In this document: positions 18,817-27,145 of the stretch, in pieces | Position numbering within the stretch: the first letter of the stretch is position 1 | How the letters are laid out: each line of letters starts with the position of its first letter | Source: an uncultured Candidatus Binatia bacterium | GTDB lineage: Bacteria; Desulfobacterota; Binatia; UBA9968; JAJDTQ01 | DNA length: 64,000 nucleotides | Reading direction: 5' to 3' | NCBI GenBank assembly: GCA_965242525.1 | Contig: OZ251459.1 | Span: 2,368,001-2,432,000, forward strand | The notes under the pieces: model-generated | What the model saw: only the letters and a program-made list of their open reading frames with translations | What the model was told of the DNA's origin: nothing | Databases searched by the model: none | Translations under genes and position numbers: made by a program

Positions 18817-19770
18817 ATGCGATACGCGAAGCTCGACGCCAAGGACTACGCCCGTGAGAACATGAAGGGGGTCTGGGCCGCGGCCATGAACCCCTTTCGC
18901 GAGGACTTCTCGTTCGACGAGGAGGGGCTGCGCCGGAACATCCGGCACTGGATCGACGATCTGGGCATCGCAGGGCTCTTCATCGCCGGCAAGCAGGGGG
19001 AGTTCTTCTCCATGTCGCTGGAGGAGCGCAAGCGCAACTTCGAGATCGCGATGGAGGAAACGTGCGGCAGGGCCGGCGCCATCCTGTCCTGCTCGGACCA
19101 GAACTTCGACACCGTGGTGGCGCTGGCGCGCCACGCCGAGGCCGTGGGCGCCGACTACATCGTCGTGCACGCGCCCATCCTGCATTTCCTCACCGACCGG
19201 GACGACACGGTGTACAACTACTACAAGGAGCTCTGCGACCGCGTGGGCATCGGCATCGCCATGTGGAGCCACCCGGATTCCGGCTACCTGATGAGCCCGC
19301 AACTGTGCGCGCGGGTGGCGGAGTTGCCCAACGTCGTGGCCATCAAGTACTCGGCGCCGCGGCCCATGTACGCGGAGCTGACCCGGCTCGCCGGAGACCG
19401 GCTGATCGTCAGCACCGCGTCGGAAGCGGAATGGTTCGACAACATCGTGGAGCTAGGCTGGCGTCTCTACCTCTGCTCCTCGCCCCCCTACCTGCTCCAG
19501 ACCCGCAACGACCGGCGCATGCACGAATATACGGAGCTCGCGTTCCGGGGCGAGGTCCATGAGGCCCGCCGGGTCCGGGACAGCCTGAACCCCGTCCGCG
19601 AGGCCCTGGAGACCACCCGCCCCGGGGGCAAGCCCCAGGCGCACCAGAAGTACTGGCAGGAGTTGCTGGGCCAAGTCGGCGGCCCGGCCCGACCGCCCCT
19701 GCTCCAGCTCACCCAAGAGGAACGGGAACGGACCAGGACCGCCTTCGAGACCTGCGGCCTGAAGCTCTGA
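18817..19770 (+). CDS. Dihydrodipicolinate synthase-family aldolase/lyase
   Basis: GLFIAGKQGEFFSMSLEERK motif; PNVVAIKY Schiff-base lysine. Confidence 0.85.
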   Translation: MRYAKLDAKDYARENMKGVWAAAMNPFREDFSFDEEGLRRNIRHWIDDLGIAGLFIAGKQGEFFSMSLEERKRNFEIAMEETCGRAGAILSCSDQNFDTVVALARHAEAVGADYIVVHAPILHFLTDRDDTVYNYYKELCDRVGIGIAMWSHPDSGYLMSPQLCARVAELPNVVAIKYSAPRPMYAELTRLAGDRLIVSTASEAEWFDNIVELGWRLYLCSSPPYLLQTRNDRRMHEYTELAFRGEVHEARRVRDSLNPVREALETTRPGGKPQAHQKYWQELLGQVGGPARPPLLQLTQEERERTRTAFETCGLKL

Positions 19771-20004
19771 CGACCCGGGCCAAGCCATCGACACCTGCCC
19801 GATCCCGAGCAATCCATCCCCGGAAAACCCTGAACAACCACCCCGTTCGTCCTCGGGGATACCCTCATTGCCTTACGCGGAGGAAAGATTGCAACCTATT
19901 GGAATTACAGGAAAAATCACTACCGCGAGAACCGTGGACAGAGGGGCGTCACCGACCCTGAACCCGTTGGGGCGCGCGTTTCCGTCTGCGCGGGGGGTGG
20001 ACAG

Positions 20005-21678
20005 TTGAGCGTCGTCCGGAACATGTCCGGGGGCCAAGCGGTGGCGCGGTGCCTTCGCAACGAAGGGGTCCGCCACGCGTTCTGCGTCCCCGGCGAGAGC
20101 TACATCGCCTTGCTGGACGGGCTGCGGGACGTCCCGGAGGTCACCCTCGTCACCAACCGGCACGAGGGCAGCGCCTGCCTGATGGCCGAAGCCTACGGCA
20201 AGACCACGCGCCGGCCGGGGGTGTGCATGGTCACCCGCGGCCCCGGCGCCGCCAACGCGAGCATCGGGGTGCACTTGGCCAAGTACGACTCGACGCCGCT
20301 GGTCCTGCTCGTCGGCCAGGTGGCCCGGGCGGCCCGGGGCCGGGAGGCCGGGCAGGAGATCGACTACACGCATTTCTTCGGCAGCATCGCCAAGTGGGTC
20401 ATCGAGGTCCACGACCCCCGGGAGGCGCCGCGGATCATGGCCCGGGCGTTCCACGTGGCTCGTTCGGGCCGCCCCGGCCCTGTGGTGGTCTCCCTTCCCA
20501 GGGACGTGCTGGAGGAGGAGGCGGATGTGGCCATGGTGGACCCCTATCCCGCGGCCCGGCCCCATCCGGACCCGGAGTTGATCCGGGCCATGGTGGATCG
20601 CGTCCGCAAGGCCGAGAAGCCGGTGCTGCTGGCGGGTTCCGGCGTCCAGTACGCCGACGCCCGGAACGAGCTCGTGGCCTTCGCCGAGAAGTTCCAGACG
20701 CCGGTGCTGAGCGCGTTCAAGCGCCAGGACGTCTTCCCCAACCGGCACCCCCACTACGTGGGCAACCTGGGGAGCCGCGACAACCACGCCAGGCAGATCG
20801 TGCGCGACGAAGCCGACCTGCTCCTGGTCGTCGGGTGCCGGTTCAACCAGCAGGCGTCCGGCAACTATACGCTGCCCCATCCGGGACTCTCCACCGTCCA
20901 GATCGACGCCGACCCCGCCAACATCGGACAGAACTTCCGTCCGCAGTTGGCCGTGGTTTCGGACCCGGGGCTGGCGTTGGCCGCGGCGCTTGCGTGCGAG
21001 GGGCCGGGCGCCAACGAGGCCCGGGCCGCTTGGATCGCCGGTTACCACGCCCGGCAGCGGCGATACAGCACGCCGCCCGAACGTCCCACCCGCGGCGTTT
21101 CCATGGAGCGGGTCATGGCGGACCTCAAGGCGGAAGCGCCGCCGGACGCCATCCACACGGGAGACGCGGGCAGCTTCGGCGGCTGGGTCCAGCGCTACAT
21201 CGAGTTCGACCACCCGGATTCCTACATCGTCCCGACCCTCGGCAGCATGGGGACCGGGGTGCCGGGCGCGGTCGCCGCCAAGCTGGCGCACCCGGAAAGG
21301 ACCGTCATCGCCCACGTGGGCGACGGCGGCTTCCTCATGACCGGGCAGGAGCTCGCCACCGCGCGGCAGTATGACGTCCGCGTCATCGTGGTCGTCTATG
21401 CCAACGGCTCCTACGGCACCATCCGCATGGACCAGGAGGCCCGGTACCCGGGCCGGAACTACGGCACCGACCTGCTGAACCCCGACTTTGCCGCCCTGGC
21501 GGAGGGCTACGGCGCCCTGGGGGTCCGGGTGGGCCGGGACCACGAGTTCCTGCCCGCGCTGCGGCAGGCCCTGGCCGCCCCGGGGTCCGCCCTCATCGAG
21601 GTGACGACGGACCTGGAATACGTCTCCCCCACCACGACCCTGTCGGAGGCCGCGGCCTCGCGGCGGGTCGCCACGTGA
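20005..21678 (+). CDS. Thiamine pyrophosphate-dependent enzyme (acetolactate synthase-like)
   Basis: VPGESY, RHEGSA..MAEA, TRGPGA.NA and GDGGFLMTGQEL...N motifs. Confidence 0.9.
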   Translation: MSVVRNMSGGQAVARCLRNEGVRHAFCVPGESYIALLDGLRDVPEVTLVTNRHEGSACLMAEAYGKTTRRPGVCMVTRGPGAANASIGVHLAKYDSTPLVLLVGQVARAARGREAGQEIDYTHFFGSIAKWVIEVHDPREAPRIMARAFHVARSGRPGPVVVSLPRDVLEEEADVAMVDPYPAARPHPDPELIRAMVDRVRKAEKPVLLAGSGVQYADARNELVAFAEKFQTPVLSAFKRQDVFPNRHPHYVGNLGSRDNHARQIVRDEADLLLVVGCRFNQQASGNYTLPHPGLSTVQIDADPANIGQNFRPQLAVVSDPGLALAAALACEGPGANEARAAWIAGYHARQRRYSTPPERPTRGVSMERVMADLKAEAPPDAIHTGDAGSFGGWVQRYIEFDHPDSYIVPTLGSMGTGVPGAVAAKLAHPERTVIAHVGDGGFLMTGQELATARQYDVRVIVVVYANGSYGTIRMDQEARYPGRNYGTDLLNPDFAALAEGYGALGVRVGRDHEFLPALRQALAAPGSALIEVTTDLEYVSPTTTLSEAAASRRVAT

Positions 21679-21899
21679 CGCCGCTCCCGTCGTCAAGCCA
21701 CGACCCTGTCGGAGGCTGCGGCCTTGCGGCGGGCCGCCGCGTGAGGCCGCTCCCGTCCGTCAAGCCACGACCCTGTCGGAGGCTGCGGCCTTGCGGCGGG
21801 CCGCCGCGTGACGCTGCTCCCGTCGTCAAGCCACGACCCTGTCGGAGGCTGCGGCCTCGCGGCGGGCCGCCACGTGACGCTGCCCCCGTCCGTCAAGCC
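21632..21899. repeat. Tandem repeat, 4 copies of 66-67 bp
   Basis: Units start at 21632, 21698, 21765 and 21831 (CCACGACCCTGTCGGAGGC...CGTCAAG). Confidence 0.9.
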
Positions 21900-22813
21900 C
21901 CTCGCTCGCGGCGGAGCTCGGCGATGTAGTCCCGCACCCCCGCCTCGAGCTTGTACTCCGGCGCGTACCCCAACTCGGTGCGAGCTCGCGTGATGTCCAT
22001 TCGCGGCCGGGCGGGGGTCAGGGCGCCGCGGCGCAGGCGGATGTCCGGGAAGACCTTCTTCAGCACCGCTTCCACGTCTTCCACTGTGGTGAGGGTGCCG
22101 CTGCCCAGGTTGTACACGTCGTGGGGCAGGGGCGTGGCGCGCACCGCCCGGGCGATGCCGTCGGCGAGGTCCTTGACATAGACGAAGTCCACGCTCTCGT
22201 AGGCGTCGAGCACCACGTCTTCCCCGGCCATGGCGGCCCATATGGCCTGTTGCACCGCCACGCCCGGGCCGCCGGCCACCGCCCGGTAGCCGTACACCCC
22301 GGCGAAGCGCAGCAACGCAAGCTCGAAGGCCTGCCGGGCGGCAAAGGTCCTGAGCACGTGCTCGCAGGCGAGCTTCGACGCGTTATAGACCCGGCCCCGG
22401 CTGTCCAGGGGCGAGTCTTCCCGGAGCAGCTCCTGGGGGTCCTCGCCCCGGTACAGCGCCTGGGTGCTGGCGTGCGCCAGCCGGCGCACGCCGGCGAGCC
22501 GAGCGGCCTCCGCGACGTTGAGGGTGGCCACGAGGTTGACCTGGAAGCCGGAGTAGAGGTTGGGGATGTTGGCCTCGCCCACGGACGCGGCCAAGTGGAG
22601 GACGCAGTCGGGCCGCACCGTCAGGAAAGCGTCCACCAGGGCCGCCAAGTTGCAGACGTCGCCGCGGATCAACGGCAGTTCCCTGCCGACGACGTGGCGG
22701 ATGTAGTCCGGCTTCGCCGCCACGTCGAACAGCGTCACTTCGTCCCCTTGCGAGGTCAACTCCGCAGCCGCATGGGAGCCGATCAGTCCTGCTCCGGTGA
22801 TCAATACACGCAT
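21893..22813 (-). CDS. NAD-dependent epimerase/dehydratase (extended SDR)
   Basis: [14 protein letters not shown] and YNASK motifs. Confidence 0.88.
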   Translation of the reverse strand: MRVLITGAGLIGSHAAAELTSQGDEVTLFDVAAKPDYIRHVVGRELPLIRGDVCNLAALVDAFLTVRPDCVLHLAASVGEANIPNLYSGFQVNLVATLNVAEAARLAGVRRLAHASTQALYRGEDPQELLREDSPLDSRGRVYNASKLACEHVLRTFAARQAFELALLRFAGVYGYRAVAGGPGVAVQQAIWAAMAGEDVVLDAYESVDFVYVKDLADGIARAVRATPLPHDVYNLGSGTLTTVEDVEAVLKKVFPDIRLRRGALTPARPRMDITRARTELGYAPEYKLEAGVRDYIAELRRERGA

Positions 22814-22859
22814 GATGCCTTCCTTTCGGGAACCCCGGACAATCGAGCCGTGGATGGAG

Positions 22860-23294
22860 GGTGTTCCCTCACGTGACCTTCCTGTCCCCGTTCATCCTGA
22901 CTGTAGCGAAGCGAAGTCGAAGTGCCCCGTTCATCCTGAGCGTAGCAAAGCGTGGCCCTCCGCTCATCCTGACCGTAGCGCAGCGAAGTCCCCTCGTTCG
23001 TCCTGAGCGTAGCGAAGCGAAGTCGAAGGACGCGCTCTTCCTCCGGGACCGTTCAGGGCTTCCTCTCGTTGGTCCGGGGCGCAAGCGGCTTGGCGAGGAT
23101 CTACACCGAACCGGCCGGCAGGTCCATCGAGGGGAGGGAATCGGAGCACCCGGGCGTGCTTTTCAACGATGGCGAACTCTGTTACGGAACGTCCGAGCAA
23201 ATTCCGTCTCCCTGTGGAAAAGCGCGCCCTTCGACTTCGCTACGCTACGCTCAGGACGAGTCAGGACGAACGGGGATAATCGTTCCGGGTTTCC
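22860..23294. repeat. Cluster of REP-like core repeats and MITE ends
   Basis: Several CCCGTTC(A/G)TCCTGAGCGTAGCGAAGCGAAGTC copies; GTTCAGGGCTTCC and GTTCCGGGTTTCC ends. Confidence 0.75.
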
Positions 23295-23362
23295 TTGCCC
23301 GTGACGGGGCGGCGCGTCCGGTCCTTCACGCGGCGCGCCGCGCACGGGCAAGGAGTTTCCTC

Positions 23363-24355
23363 ATGGTCATCGACGTCCATACCCACATGGTGCCGGAAGA
23401 CTTCCCTCCGGCGGGAGGCCGCGCCGCGGGCAGCCGCTGGCCTTGCATGGACCACACCGGGCCGGACACCGCCAACGTCATGATCGCGGGCCGGAACTTC
23501 CGCACGGTGCTGGACCGCTGCTGGTCCGTGCCGCGCCGCCTGCGGGAGATGGCCGCGGCGGATTACGCGGTGGACCGTCAGGTGCTGTCGCCCATGCCGG
23601 AGCTCCTGGCCTACGGGCTGGAGCCGCAGGACGGGCTCGACCTCACGCGTTACCTGAACGAGGTCCTGATGCGCATGGTGGACCAGGCGCCGGACCGTTT
23701 CTACGCCCTCGGCTCGGCGCCGCTCCAGGACGTGGACTTGGCCGCGGCGGAGCTCCGACGGGTCAAGTCGCTGGGTCTCCACGGCGTGGAGTTGCTCAGC
23801 AACGTCAACGGCAAGAGCCTGGGGGAGCCCGAGTTCCTGAGCTTCTTCCAGGCGGCCGAGGAGCTGGACGTGCCCCTGTTCGTGCACGCCCAGCACGCCA
23901 CCTTCATGGACCGCGTGGTGGGGCCGGGGTTCATCGAGAACATCGTGGCGTTCCCCCTCGAAGGCGCGTTGGGCATCGCCGGCATGATCACCGGCGGACT
24001 CATGGAAGCCTGCCCCCGGCTGAAGCTCTGCTTCAGCCACGGCGGCGGCACCTTCACGCAGCTCCTGCCGCGCATGGAGAACGCCTGGCTCAAGAACCCC
24101 CGGTTCCGTGAGTTGATGCCCCGGAAGCCTTCCGAGTACGCCCGCATGTTTTTCTACGACGACGTCTTCTTCGACAACCGCACCGTGCGCTACCTCATCG
24201 ACACCGTGGGCGCCGGGCAGGTGGTCATCGGCTCCGACTATCCCTTCAACTTCCGGGACCAGTCGCCGGAGGACGAGTTCGACGACCTGGGGCTCACCGC
24301 CGAAGAACGGGAGTGGGTGGGGTCGCGGAACTGCCTGCGTTTCCTGGGCCTGTAA
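23363..24355 (+). CDS. Amidohydrolase 2 family decarboxylase (ACMSD-like)
   Basis: IDVHTH, LFVH, FSHGGG and IGSDYPF motifs; AAGGAG RBS. Confidence 0.88.
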   Translation: MVIDVHTHMVPEDFPPAGGRAAGSRWPCMDHTGPDTANVMIAGRNFRTVLDRCWSVPRRLREMAAADYAVDRQVLSPMPELLAYGLEPQDGLDLTRYLNEVLMRMVDQAPDRFYALGSAPLQDVDLAAAELRRVKSLGLHGVELLSNVNGKSLGEPEFLSFFQAAEELDVPLFVHAQHATFMDRVVGPGFIENIVAFPLEGALGIAGMITGGLMEACPRLKLCFSHGGGTFTQLLPRMENAWLKNPRFRELMPRKPSEYARMFFYDDVFFDNRTVRYLIDTVGAGQVVIGSDYPFNFRDQSPEDEFDDLGLTAEEREWVGSRNCLRFLGL

Positions 24356-24419
24356 CACAGGTCGGAAGCTGGCCTGCGAGGGCAGCGGACCGCGGTTCGC
24401 GGAACTCCTGCGGTTCCTG

Positions 24420-24591
24420 GGTTGGTACTCCAGGCCCTGACCCATCCACAAAGTCCCGAACCTCCCACATGGCCCGCAAACGCTCCGTCTGTAGTGACAC
24501 GATCATTCCCCCAGTCTGCACCATCCCGGGCCTGCTCGTGCTCACTTACCGTTGGATTCATCCCTCCCCTCCATGCTCACTTACCGTTGGA
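24420..24591 (-). mobile_element. Probable transposon end remnant with truncated transposase N-terminus
   Basis: MIVSLQTERLRAMWEVRDFVDGS from ATG 24506; 18-bp direct repeat TGCTCACTTACCGTTGGA at 24539-24556 and 24574-24591. Confidence 0.45.
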
Positions 24592-24629
24592 CAATTCTCC
24601 GTCTTGACGAAGGCGGCCCCAGCGGTTAA

Positions 24630-24755
24630 GGAAAAATCGGGAGAGGAAGGCATGAGCGCGTCCTTCGACTCCGCTTCGCTACGCTCAGGATGAACGGGGA
24701 TAGGGGGTCAAGGTGGGGGAATCCATCCTGGATGTCTCGATTGTTCAGAGGTTCC
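24630..24755. mobile_element. MITE copy with TTAA target duplication (left end eroded)
   Basis: TTAA at 24626-24629 and 24756-24759; right end CGATTGTTCAGAGGTTCC. Confidence 0.75.
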
Positions 24756-24999
24756 TTAAGGAAAATCGGGGCCAACCGAACCATGGATAGGGGTGTCCCC
24801 TCACGTGACCCTACTATCCCCGTTCATCCTGAGCGTAGCGAAGCGAAGTCTCCCCATTCATCCTGAGCGTAGCGAAGCGGAGTCGAAGGACGCGCTCGAA
24901 GACGCCACTGTGTTCGACTTTTCGGGGTCGCAGGCCGCCCGCGGGGTGAAGGGCGCCCCCGCCGAAGCCTTGCGCTACCCGTAGGAAGGGAGCCGCGCC

Positions 25000-25824
25000 A
25001 TGACGGAGTTCGAAGCCGCCACCCTCGCACTACAACAGCAGCAGCTTTGGGCCGCTATCGCCATTCCGCTTGTCGCCGCATTGGTGGGCCTCGGTCAGAT
25101 CCTCGTGGTGCTCCACGGAATCCGGGTCATGGACAGGTTCAACCAGGATCGCGCCCGCCAGATCGAAGCGCAGATAGAAGCACAGCGCGGCCAAGCCGAA
25201 GCGCATCGCCGCCAGGTCGAAGCGCAGATGGAAGCACAGCGCCGCCAAGCCGAAGCGCGGATGGAAGCACAGCGCGACCAGGCCGAAGCGCAGCGCGAGC
25301 AGGCCGAAGCGCAACGCCGCCAAGTCGAAGCGCAGACGGAGGCGCAGCGTGAGCAGGCCGAAGCGCAACGCCGCCAGATCGAAGCACAGACGGAGGCGCA
25401 GCGCGAGCAGGCCGAAGCGCAACGCCGCCAAGCCGAAGCGCAGACGGAGGCGCAGCGTGAGCAGGCCGAAGCGCAACGCCGCCAAGTCGAAGCGCAGACG
25501 GAGGCGCAGCGTGAGCAGGCCGAAGCGCAACGCCGCCAAGTCGAAGCGCAGATGGAGGCGCAACGCGAGCAGGCCGAAGCGCAGCGCCGCCAAGCCGAAG
25601 CGCAGATGGAAGCGCAGGAACGCCAAGCCGAAGCGCAACGCCGCCAAGCCGAAGCGCAGCGCGCCGAATCTGACCAGCGCCACGCCGAAGCAATGGCCGC
25701 CCTCCAAGTGCTCATCAAGGGCCAGGACAGGCAGGCCGAAGCCTTGCTTGCCGCGGTCAAGAGCATGGAGCGGCAAGCCGACGCGCTCAAGGTGGTCATC
25801 GAACGGACGGCGCCCAGGGTTTGA
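25000..25824 (+). CDS. Membrane-anchored EAQ-repeat coiled-coil protein (long paralog)
   Basis: MTEFEAAT start, TM segment, many EAQREQA+EAQRRQVEAQT (7+11) units, C-terminus VIERTAPRV. Confidence 0.82.
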   Translation: MTEFEAATLALQQQQLWAAIAIPLVAALVGLGQILVVLHGIRVMDRFNQDRARQIEAQIEAQRGQAEAHRRQVEAQMEAQRRQAEARMEAQRDQAEAQREQAEAQRRQVEAQTEAQREQAEAQRRQIEAQTEAQREQAEAQRRQAEAQTEAQREQAEAQRRQVEAQTEAQREQAEAQRRQVEAQMEAQREQAEAQRRQAEAQMEAQERQAEAQRRQAEAQRAESDQRHAEAMAALQVLIKGQDRQAEALLAAVKSMERQADALKVVIERTAPRV

Positions 25825-25885
25825 CCAGGGTCCCTATCCGGCGCGCGGACTGTTCACGGTGGACTGCTCTTCGGCTGCCTGCAAG

Positions 25886-26266
25886 TCAGGCCAGGGCCAC
25901 GACTTCGACTTCCACCAGCGCCCCTTTGGGCAGGGCCGCCACCGCCACCGTGGTGCGGGCGGGCCTGGTCAACCCCAGGTACCCCTCGTAGATGGCGTTG
26001 ACCGCGGCGAAGTGGCCCATGTCCGTCAGGTAGATGGTGGTCTTGACCGCCTTGCCCCAGGAAGAGCCGGCCGCCTCCAGGACCGCGGTGACGTTGTCGA
26101 GGACCCGGCGCGCCTGCGGCTCGACCCCGCCGGAGACGAGTTCCCCGGACGCGGGCTCCAACCCGATCTGTCCCGCGGTGTACACGAAGCCGTTGGCCTT
26201 GATGGCCTGCTCATAGGGGCCGATGGCCTCCGGCGCCCTGTTGGTATGGACTACTTCCGTCTGCAT
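25886..26266 (-). CDS. ridA: RidA family reactive-intermediate deaminase
   Basis: APEAIGPYEQA, YTAGQIG and PARTTVAVAALPKGALVEVE motifs; AAGGAG RBS. Confidence 0.9.
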   Translation of the reverse strand: MQTEVVHTNRAPEAIGPYEQAIKANGFVYTAGQIGLEPASGELVSGGVEPQARRVLDNVTAVLEAAGSSWGKAVKTTIYLTDMGHFAAVNAIYEGYLGLTRPARTTVAVAALPKGALVEVEVVALA

Positions 26267-26370
26267 GGCGTCTCCTTGTCGTTTGTCGGGATATGCGGGA
26301 TCTACTACGAAACGGGCCAAGAGGTCCATTGCGCGGCGCCGCAAAGCGCGTCGGCCGGGATGCACGAACC

Positions 26371-26562
26371 ATGAGACTGATGACCGCCCACAAGATCCTC
26401 ATCGCCACGTCCGTGGTCTTCTTCGTGTTCTTCAGCGGGTGGGAGTTGACCAACTACCTGGGAGCCGGCGGGGTCGGAGCGCTGGCCCGCAGCGCGCTCT
26501 ACCTCTGCGTGGCCGCGGGTTTCGCGGTCTATTTCCGGTCTCTGAAGAACAAGGTGCTGTAA
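26371..26562 (+). CDS. Small two-TM protein
   Basis: MRLMTAHKILIATSVVFFVFF...; two hydrophobic helices. Confidence 0.6.
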   Translation: MRLMTAHKILIATSVVFFVFFSGWELTNYLGAGGVGALARSALYLCVAAGFAVYFRSLKNKVL

Positions 26563-26563
26563 C

Positions 26564-26830
26564 GTGGCCCCGGACCCCTTCATGGTTCCCGTCACCGAGG
26601 AGGAGATCCGCCGGGAGCGCTCGAAGGCGCGGGAACTGCGCAACAGCCAGTGGTGGAAGAACCGCAAGAGCCGGGGACTGTGCGCCCATTGCGGCGGCCG
26701 TTTCCCTCCCCGGGACCTGACCATGGACCACCTGGTTCCCATCATCCGCGGCGGCAAGAGCACCAGGGGCAACGTCGTCCCCAGTTGCCGGGAGTGCAAC
26801 AGCGCCAAGCGGCACAGCCTGCCCTTCTAA
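26564..26830 (+). CDS. Small HNH endonuclease (McrA-like)
   Basis: CAHC...LTMDHLVP..RGG.ST.GNVV.SCRECN. Confidence 0.85.
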   Translation: MAPDPFMVPVTEEEIRRERSKARELRNSQWWKNRKSRGLCAHCGGRFPPRDLTMDHLVPIIRGGKSTRGNVVPSCRECNSAKRHSLPF

Positions 26831-26833
26831 CCC

Positions 26834-27145
26834 CTATCGACCCGCAAGTTCCCTCGAGTCGTGTCTCCTCCAGTCGGGCACGTAGGCCGCCATCAACGCC
26901 TTGTAGAGCTTGCCGTGGTTGGGCACGCGCAGGTGCAGCAGTTCATGGACGATGACGAAGTCCTGGAAGCCCCGGTCCTGGTCCTCCAGGGCCGCGGCCA
27001 GGGTCACGGTTCCCGACGTCGAACAGGATCCCCACTTCCGCGTCATCGGTTGCACGCGGACCCGCCGGGGGCGGACGCGCAACCGCCGCTTCCAGTACTC
27101 GACGCGGTGGCGAAGGGCCTCGCGCCGGTGGTCACCCATCCGCAT
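26834..27145 (-). CDS. YgjP/M48-like metal-dependent hydrolase associated with type I RM
   Basis: MTRKWGSCS and [13 protein letters not shown] motifs; overlaps the hsdR end. Confidence 0.85.
   Translation of the reverse strand: MRMGDHRREALRHRVEYWKRRLRVRPRRVRVQPMTRKWGSCSTSGTVTLAAALEDQDRGFQDFVIVHELLHLRVPNHGKLYKALMAAYVPDWRRHDSRELAGR

Noticed and set aside
21632-21899. Possible CRISPR array
   Set aside because: Units are contiguous with no unique spacers, overlap gene ends, and no cas genes are present
22860-23060. Clustered ~30-bp repeats as a CRISPR array or tRNA
   Set aside because: They are dispersed REP/MITE cores with irregular spacing and no cloverleaf
26564-26830. HNH nuclease as part of the type I RM locus
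   Set aside because: Opposite strand and linked to a small membrane gene; no evidence it belongs to the RM operon
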